A stretch of DNA of 62,628 nucleotides, the filler included, from Corallochytrium limacisporum Hawaii (Eukaryota > Protista > Pluriformea): assembly GCA_002811645.1 (NCBI GenBank). It is 4 parts of 4 records of this genome, joined end to end, with 100 filler letters (N's around TTAATTAATTAA, not from the genome) between each part and the next. Parts side by side here need not be neighbours in the genome. Positions count along the whole stretch, not along the records: positions 1 to 26,419 come from PDIP01000032.1; positions 26,520 to 52,605 come from PDIP01000186.1; 2 more parts are not named here. One strand, given 5' to 3'. A program made the translations under genes and the position numbers. The notes beneath the pieces were generated by a model, which saw nothing but the letters and a program-made list of their open reading frames with translations, ran no database searches and had not been told where the DNA came from. Of the stretch, positions 20,232-29,806 are shown one piece after another; the first letter of the stretch is position 1; the number at the start of each line of letters is the position of its first letter.

Positions 20232-23200
20232 ATGGAAGAGTCCGTCAACAAGGTCCTGAGAGGTCTCGGGATCAAGAATCCGGTGAAAGATGAGTATCTT
20301 GAGGTGGAAGACATCACACCAGAGAATATTTTGGACTTGCTCACAGATACTTCACAACGTTTCCTCTCTCTTGGTATCAGCGATGATAGGCCAAAGGTAT
20401 TGGACTGCAAATTTGAACACGATGCCATCTTTATCAATAGTTGTGCACGCTGTGGCTTTCCCGAGACTGTGCACACGCTTTGCGAACGATTCTATGAGGA
20501 TGAGCGAGATGCCGAGCGCTGTAAAGACTGTGGGAGGCATGAGCTCGATCATAAGCCATGCTTCTACTACATGTGTTCGGAAATGGAAGAGAAGAATGGC
20601 ATGCCAAGCATCCGCGTCAGTAAATGGAACTCGGAACCTCCAATGCAGCGGTTGAATCGTGCAGACAGGGATGTCACTGCTGGTCATGGTGTGGGAGTTA
20701 GATCTTCCAGCCTCACGGCTGATTCCGCCAGTGCACGGGGATCGATCACCAGCTCCGCAGGTGTGGATGAAACACAAGACCTGGAGTGCAGCCATCAGAT
20801 CGGCAGTCATACTGAGCCCTGTGTCCGATGTGGTCGCACAGAAGAGGATCACAACATTTCTTGTCTCATGTTCCGTCCAGGAAAGTACAAAGAACTCTGC
20901 AAGAATTGCGGCCGTGGGCAATTTTACCATGACCCTTGTGAACACTTTAAAGCCAAAGAAGATCATCGGGAAATCTGTGCGAATTGCGGACTGAATGTGA
21001 CGGCCCACACGCTCTGCCTCAAATTCCACGGACGGTCGTCAGATGCGCTGGTGTGTGAGAGCTGCGGCCGCTACAGGGAAGAGCACTTGGCATGTCGCAA
21101 CTTTGAGAGCGTGGGCAGTGGTACGCGTCAGGAGGAATGTCGAAATTGTGGCAAGAAAGCGCAGGAGCACGTGTGGACCAAGTATGTAGAGGATCATTTC
21201 GCCCATGACTCGGCTCGGTTTGGTAGCTTTGCGAGGGAACATGACACAGGACATGCACGCTGGTTTGTGGACGGCGAAGAGACTTTTGCGTCCATGGCTG
21301 ACGCATTCGATGCGGCCACCACATCAATCTTGATCTGTGGGTGGTTCATGAGCCCGGAACTGTACATGCGGCGGGGTCCGGACGCTTCCTCCGCAGATCG
21401 ACTTGATCACATCCTAACCAGAGCTGCTGAGCGGGGAGTGAAGGTGTATATGCTTCTGTGGAACGAGACAAAGATAGCGTTTCTGTGGCGTAATGGATAT
21501 GCGCGTCGACATCTTGAGAAGTTGAATTCCAACATAAAAATCCTGCTGCACCCGGGACCAACGGGGCCTATCAATTGGAGTCACCACGGAAAGTGTATCA
21601 TCATTGACCAGCTGGTTGCCTTTGTGGGCGGTCTGGACCTGAGCTTTGGGAGATGGGATACGTCGAATCATGTGTGTGAAGATGCGTGCCATCTGCGCAC
21701 CACCTGGCCTGGCAAGGACTTCTATAATCCAGCCATTGATGAGATGCGGGATATTGAAAAGCCATACTTGGATTGCATTGACCGCATGAGATTTCCGCGG
21801 ATGCCTTGGCACGACGTCGCTGTAGCGATTTCAGGAGATGCAGTGTGGGACTTGAGCATCAACTTTATGCAACGATGGAATCATCACAGGGACGGAATCG
21901 ACATTGATGCGGATGAAACTTATACATACATCATCCCCGATGGTGAGTTTTCCCGGGCGTCTCGAAACCGACGGATTTCGACGTTAAGTGACAGTGACAA
22001 GTCACCCGCCAAGCCACGTCGTCCTCGTGATACTGGACAGTGGAAGCGGAGCAGTGTCTCATCCCAGACTGATCTCAGCGACCACAAAACCAATAGAGAA
22101 TCTGGTGGTCGCTCTTTGTTACACCCCCGTCCTGGGTCCATCTCGCCAACTTCTGCAGAAAGCCTGACGGACAGGACTCACAGTCCACCCACGATGAACA
22201 CCAGCGCGACAAGTGAGCAGGAACTGACAAAGATTCCGGATGCGTCTCCCGCTTTGGGTACCACTAGGACAGGGATTGAGGGCGCCATGGATTTTTTGCA
22301 TGGAGGAGCAACATCACTGCTGGAGCCGGGAACCGCTGGAAAAGATGGCCGAGGCAATCTGGATGCAGTCGCACGGGGTAATCGTCTACTGGATGGTCTG
22401 GGCACCACAGAAATGCGGAAGCACGAACACAGTCCGACCACAGTCGAAGGTAGTCGGCAGAGCTACGACACAAAGTGCCAAGTGGTGCGATCTATCGGGT
22501 TCTGGTCTGGGGCAAACCGCGTGGAAGACAGTTACTATGAGGCCTTCGTGGCGTTGATAGAAGGTGCCAAGCACTGCATTTACGTTGAGAATCAGTACCT
22601 ACTCTCCCGTGCGGACCCAAATATCAGCTCGTCCGATCGGCCAGACAATCTAGTCGCTGCGGCGCTCGTGAAGCGCATTTCTCGAGCAATTGAGAACGAT
22701 CAAGACTTCAAAGTGGTTGTGGTTGTGCCAATCTACCCTGAGGGTACGTTTGAAAAGGACGTGGCCGTGCGCTATATCATGCACCTGCAGCAAATATCAA
22801 TCTACAAGGACCCCACCTGCAGCATCCTCGGCTGTCTCCGAGGGCGCTTCCCGGACGTCGATGTACTCAAGTACATTACCTTCTTGTCCCTGCGCAGCAT
22901 CAGTCAAATAGGAGAGTTTTTGGTAACGGAACAGATCTACGTTCATTCCAAGCTAATGATTATCGATGACCGCACCGTGCTATTGGGCAGTGCGAACATC
23001 AACGATCGCTCTTTGCTCGGTGAACGTGATTCCGAGGTGGGTCTGGTGCTCACGGACAATGAACTTGTCGACGGGGTCATGAATGAAAGGCCAGTCAAGG
23101 TTGGCAAATTTGCCCACACTCTCCGCTGTCGTCTGTGGATGGAGCACTTCAATGCTCGCTACGAGGATGTCGTGGATCCGATATGTGACTACACCTACAA

Positions 23201-23495
23201 CGTTGTGGTAATGGAGGACAGCATCCGTCGGGGCCAGGCCTTTGAAGCCATCTTTCCATGCATTCCCCGTAACGACATTGAGGACATGGAAGAGTACGAT
23301 GAGCAGCGGGCCACCCTGCGAGATCGTGGGGAGGACGTGTACCGCACACGTCGCCATGCCAAACACGAGCCGCACTTGAATTACGCCACATCTGGCGCGG
23401 TGCCGTATCCCCTATACTTTTTGCGCAAGGGCATGCGCATTGGCCTCGTGGACTGGGGAGAGAAGGTTGTGGTAGCTGATGAGGTATTCATGTAG
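20232..23495 (+). CDS. PLD: Phospholipase D (PLD1/2-type catalytic core) with N-terminal Cys/His repeats
   Basis: Two HKD motifs (HHGKCIIID, HSKLMIID); WFVDG, PRMPWHD, IYVENQY, GSANINDRS..G.RDSE; a Ser-rich loop between the halves; no PX/PH recognisable. Confidence 0.93.
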   Translation: MEESVNKVLRGLGIKNPVKDEYLEVEDITPENILDLLTDTSQRFLSLGISDDRPKVLDCKFEHDAIFINSCARCGFPETVHTLCERFYEDERDAERCKDCGRHELDHKPCFYYMCSEMEEKNGMPSIRVSKWNSEPPMQRLNRADRDVTAGHGVGVRSSSLTADSASARGSITSSAGVDETQDLECSHQIGSHTEPCVRCGRTEEDHNISCLMFRPGKYKELCKNCGRGQFYHDPCEHFKAKEDHREICANCGLNVTAHTLCLKFHGRSSDALVCESCGRYREEHLACRNFESVGSGTRQEECRNCGKKAQEHVWTKYVEDHFAHDSARFGSFAREHDTGHARWFVDGEETFASMADAFDAATTSILICGWFMSPELYMRRGPDASSADRLDHILTRAAERGVKVYMLLWNETKIAFLWRNGYARRHLEKLNSNIKILLHPGPTGPINWSHHGKCIIIDQLVAFVGGLDLSFGRWDTSNHVCEDACHLRTTWPGKDFYNPAIDEMRDIEKPYLDCIDRMRFPRMPWHDVAVAISGDAVWDLSINFMQRWNHHRDGIDIDADETYTYIIPDGEFSRASRNRRISTLSDSDKSPAKPRRPRDTGQWKRSSVSSQTDLSDHKTNRESGGRSLLHPRPGSISPTSAESLTDRTHSPPTMNTSATSEQELTKIPDASPALGTTRTGIEGAMDFLHGGATSLLEPGTAGKDGRGNLDAVARGNRLLDGLGTTEMRKHEHSPTTVEGSRQSYDTKCQVVRSIGFWSGANRVEDSYYEAFVALIEGAKHCIYVENQYLLSRADPNISSSDRPDNLVAAALVKRISRAIENDQDFKVVVVVPIYPEGTFEKDVAVRYIMHLQQISIYKDPTCSILGCLRGRFPDVDVLKYITFLSLRSISQIGEFLVTEQIYVHSKLMIIDDRTVLLGSANINDRSLLGERDSEVGLVLTDNELVDGVMNERPVKVGKFAHTLRCRLWMEHFNARYEDVVDPICDYTYNVVVMEDSIRRGQAFEAIFPCIPRNDIEDMEEYDEQRATLRDRGEDVYRTRRHAKHEPHLNYATSGAVPYPLYFLRKGMRIGLVDWGEKVVVADEVFM

Positions 23496-23595
23496 CGACA
23501 TTAATAGTAAAGTGTTTGTATGTACATATTAGTAAAGTTGACAGATCTGTACCACACGTTTCAGAGAAGCGATTCGGTAGTTCCCTATCCAGCAA

Positions 23596-24774
23596 CTACG
23601 GTTTACTCGCATTTACGGCATCTACCAGCAGCCGCTGGTAGCATCCGTGAGCGTGCCACTCTGCCGTTGCGGCTCGCTGAATGATGGAATGGCGCAGACC
23701 AAGCTCTAATGGATCCTTTACATACCCGCCCCCAATCACCGTCGCGCACGGCACACCGCGGGTGAGGCACTGTTCAATGACCCAGCGATCTCGCTTTTCC
23801 AAACCCGTGTTGGTCATGGCCAAATGCCCGAGATAGTCCGTCTCGTGAGGATCAATGCCGGCGTCGTAGAGTACAAAGTCGGGTTGGAAGGAAGCAAACG
23901 TGGCTTTGATCGGATCCATGACGTAGTCCATGTAATCCGCGTCACGGCTGCCTTCAGGTATATCAATGTCCAGATCGCTCTGCTGTTTCTTCAGAGGGAA
24001 GTTTTTCGGGCAGTGTGCGTTGAGTGTGAAGACCTGGTCATTGTCTGCAAATATTGACGATGTACCGTCACCCTGGTGCACGTCTAGATCAATGATCAGC
24101 ACTCGCTTGGCAAGCCCCGTCTGGATGAGGTTCGTGGCCGTAATTGCCAGATCATTCAAGATGGTAAAACCACTGCCATATTCCGCAAAGGCATGGTGGG
24201 TTCCGCCCGCTATGTTGCAGGCCAGACCAAAGTGCAGGGCTAGCCGACTACTGAGCAAAGTACCGATTACTTCGAGTTTGGTCCGCATGACCAGCTCCGG
24301 GCTCCAGGGAAATCCGATCTTGCGGATGGCCTTGGGATCCAAGGACCCATCGCAGAAACTGCGGTAGTAGTCCTCCTTATGAACTGCCAGGAAGTAATCG
24401 TCCATTGGCTGATCCTCTCCGGGAGTGATCGGCTCGAATACCTGATCTATGCACAAAGTTCCATCTTTTACTAACGATTCAAATGCGAGGCGAAACTTGG
24501 CCATTGGGAAACGGTGATCTGGGGGCCATTCTTTGAGAGAGTAGTTGGGGTGATAGACCATAGGTGGGCCGTGTTTGAAGCGCCAAAAGTGATCTGAAGC
24601 AAGAATTTCCTTGCTGAATTCATTTGGTATGGCTGCATGCCCGAATTCTGCAACTGATGAAAGGTTGCGCCGGGTCGTTTGCTGCACATACCCCTGACTA
24701 TGTATCCCTGAACACGGTCGATGGCTTAGCGGGAGCGCCAAAAGTCTGCCCACTTGTGGGCATCGAAACATCAT
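23596..24774 (-). CDS. Zn-dependent deacetylase, HDAC class IV-like/bacterial-like family, with probable mitochondrial presequence
   Basis: HRFPMAKF, GGTHHA, GFTILND, DLDVHQGDGT, YDAGIDP and IGGGY; the N-terminal ~40 aa are Arg-rich and acid-free, ending RRNLSS. Confidence 0.9.
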   Translation of the reverse strand: MMFRCPQVGRLLALPLSHRPCSGIHSQGYVQQTTRRNLSSVAEFGHAAIPNEFSKEILASDHFWRFKHGPPMVYHPNYSLKEWPPDHRFPMAKFRLAFESLVKDGTLCIDQVFEPITPGEDQPMDDYFLAVHKEDYYRSFCDGSLDPKAIRKIGFPWSPELVMRTKLEVIGTLLSSRLALHFGLACNIAGGTHHAFAEYGSGFTILNDLAITATNLIQTGLAKRVLIIDLDVHQGDGTSSIFADNDQVFTLNAHCPKNFPLKKQQSDLDIDIPEGSRDADYMDYVMDPIKATFASFQPDFVLYDAGIDPHETDYLGHLAMTNTGLEKRDRWVIEQCLTRGVPCATVIGGGYVKDPLELGLRHSIIQRAATAEWHAHGCYQRLLVDAVNASKP

Positions 24775-26419
24775 GAATGCTTCATTGTGTGCTAGTGTAG
24801 GCTCAAAGCATGTGAACCTTTAAGGTCCTACAATGTATTTTTTAGCTTGTGGCTTCGAATCGCTTTGAGTCGTCAGCGGTGCACCGCACATGAATGGAAG
24901 GCCCACCCTTGGAGGGCCCGGGTGCCCGGGGCTGTGTTTCGCTGTTTGGGGGGGGCCTTCGGGTTCCGTCCAGACAGACACGGACACGGTGGGTGCGAGG
25001 AGGGAGCAGGCCCAAGAAAAAGACAAGAATTTAAAAAAATATAGGACACCCAAAATGTAAAAATAAGACACAAGGAAAAAACTGGGAATTCGGTGGAGGG
25101 GGGTGACGTGTGGCCCAACAACCCCCCGCGGGGGGGGGGAAGGGGGAAGGGAAGACACAGACAGAGAGTGAGAGAGTGAGAGAGAGAGTGTGTGTGTGTC
25201 TGTCTGGCCGTTGGTGACAACACCCCGTTCGGACGCGATTGGGGTCAGGACCACTGCAGGAACATTGAATATGGCAGTATATGCTATATAAGTTTAATTG
25301 TATTAATTTGTGTGCGTAGTCTCAAATAGCAGTATATAAATATAATGCGGTTACGGAGGCAGTCCGCGTAATACACACCCCCGTTTTTTCCCGTTTTTGT
25401 TCACCGGCTGTTGGGTTTTTCGGTTATTTTTCCCATAAATGAAAAATATCGAAAAATATCGAAAAAGGAAAGGGGACAAAAAAACAAAACAAACGGCTCA
25501 GGCATTGAGCTGGTAAGAAAAATGAAAAGAAAAAGGATCGAGAAAGAATCGGCCTGCGACAATAACTTTAAGTTATAAAGAGAAAACAGAAAAGGAGAAA
25601 AGTATTGATAACGTGCTGCAGCCAAAAACCCTTCCGCTCTTCCTTGCCTGGTTAGTTGTTTCTATCGTCCGTGGTTTCTTTTTCTGTTTCACAGGTAAGA
25701 AAAGCAAAAACAAGTTAAAGAAAAGAAAAGGACATTTGAAGAAATTGAAGATGGTGTGGACGGGAAACGAAAAGCAGCGAAACTAGTAAAAAAACACACG
25801 AAGGAAAGTACCGTGGAGGGAGAGCGAGCAAAGGAGGGAATTCACTAGTATCGTGCTTCTCTTTTTCTCTTGATTTCATGAAAGTTTTGTGTTGTTGTTG
25901 TTTTTTAGTACCTATCATTTCTTTTGTGTAAAGTTTGTTTCTTTTCTTATTTCTTTGTCGCTTGAGATCATGGGCAGTAATTCATCCACTCTCTCGCTCC
26001 CTCAGCGAGAAAGAAACTCGCTCAGGCGAAATGGAGATCCCTAGGTCCGGGTGTGTGGACGGCAGGACACAGCAGGAGAGGTAGGAGAGGTAAAGGGGAA
26101 GTGAAATGGGATCACAGTGGCTGTCCTCTCCCGATCATTGGCCAGTAATCTTTCCTTCCTCTTCTGCCGCTGTTATTGTTTTTTTGTTGTTGTTGTGCCT
26201 TTTTTTTTACATTTCCTAATTTTCACTTTCACTCTTCCATTTTTTTTTGTTTTTGAGATTGGGGCCTTCAGTGGCTTTTGTCTTTTCAATTGAAACACTG
26301 GTTTCGAATCTCGGAGAACAGAGTTCTCCCGTCATTGGCAAGTTCTCCCAGTATTTCTTGTCCACCCCTCCCTTCCCTTTCCCTGTGTTCTCGCGCCTCA
26401 CTCCCCCCCCGCCTCCCCC

Positions 26420-26519
26420 NNNNNNNNNNNNNNNNNNNNNNNNNNNNNNNNNNNNNNNNNNNNTTAATTAATTAANNNNNNNNNNNNNNNNNNNNNNNNN
26501 NNNNNNNNNNNNNNNNNNN
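26420..26519. other. Artificial contig linker (44N-TTAATTAATTAA-44N)
   Basis: The same 100-nt spacer, with stops in all six frames, recurs at 52606-52705 and 58016-58114. Confidence 0.95.
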
Positions 26520-27119
26520 GGGGGTTGGTTGGTTGGTTGGTTTGGTGGGGAAGCCTTCCGATCGCAGTTATCCCTGGTTCTGCGAGTATTTGTCAACCGC
26601 GCACAGCTGACTCCTAATTCAGAACCGGCTCGTACCAGTGCCATCCCGTTGCGCTTAGTCAGGGGAACCCTTAGGAATTGATCATTCCATCATTTTTGTT
26701 CTATTTTGCTTCGAGTGTTTATGGTGACATAACCTGGTGTCCTCGGGGGAGGATTTCCCTAGAGAATCTCTCTGGTTTGCATCGCACAGGAAAGTTTCAG
26801 ATGTTCGTTGTACACTTCTTCGATGAAGGCGATAGCATCATAATCAGGCACCTTGGGCTCACCATAGATTGTTGACCAAGGTATTTAAAACTTGTTCATG
26901 ATGCAGCGCCAGCAAGTCACTGAAAGGGAGTGGAACATAGTAGATCACCATAATCCAAAGTCATGGAGTATCTTGCCTATCAGTGCAATTCTGGACCTGG
27001 AGTATACGAGAGCAACTCTTCTCTTGTCTTTGCTAGCCCACTATCTGCCATCTGCAGTGATCAAAGTTACTACGTACCCAAGACCAACCGTCATCAGCCA
27101 CAGCCCAGCCGAACCGAAA

Positions 27120-27623
27120 ATGGTCGGATCCGCAACACCCGTCGTTAGATCAGCAGCAGCGAAACTGATTCCGCCCTTCACCTTTGCCACAGCCACCGCA
27201 AAAGTGCGTGCTGCCGAGGACGCATGGAACTCCAGAGATCCGGACCGCGTCAGCAAGGCTTACACTGAAGACTCGCACTGGCGCAACCGATCGACACACC
27301 TTCGTGGCAGAGCTCAGATCCGCCAGTTCCTCGCTGACAAATGGGAGCGAGAGCAGGAATACCGCCTTATCAAGGAGCTCTGGGCGTACGGAGAGCGCCG
27401 TATCGCTGTTCGTTATCAGTACGAATACTTTGACCCAGCGCAGCAACAGTGGTACCGGGCATATGGCAACGAAAACTGGCAATTCGCTGACGACGGACTG
27501 ATGGAGCGGCGGGAGTCTAGCATCAATGACGTTGCCATCGACGAACATCAGCGTCGTTTCCATTGGGACCGTAGCCAGCCGAGACCTTTAGATCATCCAG
27601 GGCTGATTGATTCGCCAGAATGA
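27120..27623 (+). CDS. DUF1348 / SnoaL-like (NTF2 fold) protein
   Basis: [58 protein letters not shown]. The ATG at 27120 was chosen because the upstream ORF extension shows no family similarity. Confidence 0.9.
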   Translation: MVGSATPVVRSAAAKLIPPFTFATATAKVRAAEDAWNSRDPDRVSKAYTEDSHWRNRSTHLRGRAQIRQFLADKWEREQEYRLIKELWAYGERRIAVRYQYEYFDPAQQQWYRAYGNENWQFADDGLMERRESSINDVAIDEHQRRFHWDRSQPRPLDHPGLIDSPE

Positions 27624-27875
27624 ACCGAGCTTGAAGGATTGGTGTAGGGATTTGATTTTTGGAATAGCAATAAATTCTAGTTTCCTGAATAGTACTCAGC
27701 ATCTGTTTCTTCCTCGTGAATGTGCGTCAGGTGGCTTTTAGCACGGTGCCAAAAGCACGCTTCTGTGTTCAGAACTACGGGCTCATGAAATAATGAGATT
27801 CTATTGATGTAATTGGCATGTGATATATACGATGGTCATGGACCAGCCATGTGAACAAAAGAGACGAGTTCTCAA

Positions 27876-29663
27876 TCAGATGTGAATCTGATCATCCTGT
27901 TGCTCCTCCTCCTCCTCACTGTCAGTACTGCCCGACTTAACACATCCGCACTTGGAATTAAGGCGGTCAATGGCCTCCACAGAGTCCTCAACGATGTTGC
28001 GCAGAGGATTCCAGCTCAGATCCTGGAGGAATCCGGGCATGCGATCATAGTGATGCTTTCGGCCGTGATGCGCACCGATGCACGCAAGCAACAGCAAAAC
28101 AATTGGCACCATGACACCGGCAAAGACCTCCCAACCGGCCATGGACAAGCCAAACAGAGCGGCAGGAATGATGAGGAAGCACACAAGAATGTAGAAGATT
28201 GGGAACCAACGGTACTTGGCAGTGACATTGCCCATGGCACGGGCGGCACGGATTGGGACACGTCGCATCACAGGCACGACGTACCAGATGCAGACACCAA
28301 AGATATTGAAGAACAGGTGGGTTAGGGATAGGGTCAAGGCGTGAGCGATGGATTCAGCGTCCTCCTGGGAAAGAGCGGCCAGAATACCGGTCATGGTGGT
28401 ACCAATGTTGGCACCGAGGGTCATGGGATACATCTTTTCAAGTGTAAGAATACCAATCGCCACGAATGGAACAAAGGACGAAGTGAAGACAGATGAGGAT
28501 TGAACAAGGATGGTGGCACCCATACCGAAGAGCATGAGGACATATCCGTGAACCCAGCCGAACGGGTAGGGGAAGTCAACATTGAGGAGGACGCGGGTGT
28601 AATGGGCAATGCGACCCTTGAGCAGGGACTGCAACACCTTGACCAGGCCAACCAAGGACAAAGTGAGCATGATCAGGGCGAGGATGAGAGTGAGGACGCC
28701 CTGAGTGGTGTCGTCTGTCTTGGAGCAGGTCGGTTCATAGGTCTCCGGGTCACACGCCGGATCGTTCTCACAGGCATCCTCCAGCGACTTAATGCATTCA
28801 CCAGCCCAGTCACACCAGATGGAGTCCTTGACCATGCACTCCTTGCGCAGTGCTGCGGCAGTTTCGGAATCCTCCGCCTGGGCAATCTTTGTGATGAGCT
28901 TCTTGTTGACCGATACAATCTTGTCTGCAACTGGCTTGGTGATCTTGTTGAGGAAATCGATGTCATTGGCCTGAGAATCGTCGGTGATATGCATGGAATC
29001 TACCATAGCTTGGCACATGACACCCAGGAAGTTGGTGGCTGCCTGGATTGGGAGCAGGACGAGCACGTTGAGGAAATTGAACATATCATGCACGGTGGCA
29101 CCGGCAAACGCCCGCCGGAATTCGTTGACATCACCAGCGTGACCCAGGGAGACGATAGTGTTGGTCACAGTGGTGCCAATGTTGGCACCCATGATCATGG
29201 GCACAGCCTGGCGCAGAGTCAGCAAGTTGGCACCTCGCATGGAAATCAGAATCGAAGTCGACGTTGACGAGGATTGTACCAACACAGTCACCAGCACACC
29301 AAGCATAAGACCAGCAAAGGGGTTGTCAAAGATGTCTGACTCGCGGAAGGCAGAACCGGCGGTTTTGGAGCCCAGGATCTTAAAAGCATCTGAGAGCAGT
29401 CCGAGAGCAATGACAAAGCAGTACAGCAGACCGAGCACGAGACCCATCTTAACCACAATCAAGACCAGACGCAGGATCTTTTGGCTGCCGCTCAGTTCGG
29501 ACCAAGGGGTGCCGAGCTCTGAGTTGAAGGCGACTTGCCACGGGTCCTCTTCAAAGGAAACTGTGTCATCCTTTACGTCCTTGGACTTCTCTAGGTCAGC
29601 GGGGGGTGCCAGATCCACGCACTGGTCCGGGATCACCGACTCACTTTGCGGGCTGGGAGTCAT
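27876..29663 (-). CDS. SLC34A: Sodium-dependent phosphate cotransporter, SLC34 (NaPi-II) family
   Basis: Two QSSS repeats (LVQSSSTSTS, LVQSSSVFTS), two GANIGTT motifs, AFAGATVHD, multiple TM segments and a Cys-rich extracellular loop. Confidence 0.96.
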   Translation of the reverse strand: MTPSPQSESVIPDQCVDLAPPADLEKSKDVKDDTVSFEEDPWQVAFNSELGTPWSELSGSQKILRLVLIVVKMGLVLGLLYCFVIALGLLSDAFKILGSKTAGSAFRESDIFDNPFAGLMLGVLVTVLVQSSSTSTSILISMRGANLLTLRQAVPMIMGANIGTTVTNTIVSLGHAGDVNEFRRAFAGATVHDMFNFLNVLVLLPIQAATNFLGVMCQAMVDSMHITDDSQANDIDFLNKITKPVADKIVSVNKKLITKIAQAEDSETAAALRKECMVKDSIWCDWAGECIKSLEDACENDPACDPETYEPTCSKTDDTTQGVLTLILALIMLTLSLVGLVKVLQSLLKGRIAHYTRVLLNVDFPYPFGWVHGYVLMLFGMGATILVQSSSVFTSSFVPFVAIGILTLEKMYPMTLGANIGTTMTGILAALSQEDAESIAHALTLSLTHLFFNIFGVCIWYVVPVMRRVPIRAARAMGNVTAKYRWFPIFYILVCFLIIPAALFGLSMAGWEVFAGVMVPIVLLLLACIGAHHGRKHHYDRMPGFLQDLSWNPLRNIVEDSVEAIDRLNSKCGCVKSGSTDSEEEEEQQDDQIHI

Positions 29664-29796
29664 GGTGGTGACTTTTCTGTGTGCGAACTATTCAGATGGT
29701 GACGGATGAGGATACAAAGCTGTAACGCCTGCAGCATTCACTTTGTAGCTTACTCGTACTATTCAAATCATATGATAGGGCACAGGATCATGTCGT

Positions 29797-29806
29797 CTTA
29801 AATACC
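29797..29806 (-). promoter_or_regulatory. TATA-variant GGTATTTAAG upstream of SLC34
   Basis: The identical 10-mer lies about 135 nt upstream of the ATG both here and at 58884-58893. Confidence 0.45.

Noticed and set aside
25970-26044. Short MGSNSS... ORF with a myristoylation-like start
   Set aside because: Only 24 codons with no clear splice continuation.
26464-26475. TTAATTAATTAA palindrome repeated three times (also 52650, 58060)
   Set aside because: Always centred in a ~100-nt N spacer; this is an assembly linker with six-frame stops, not biological.
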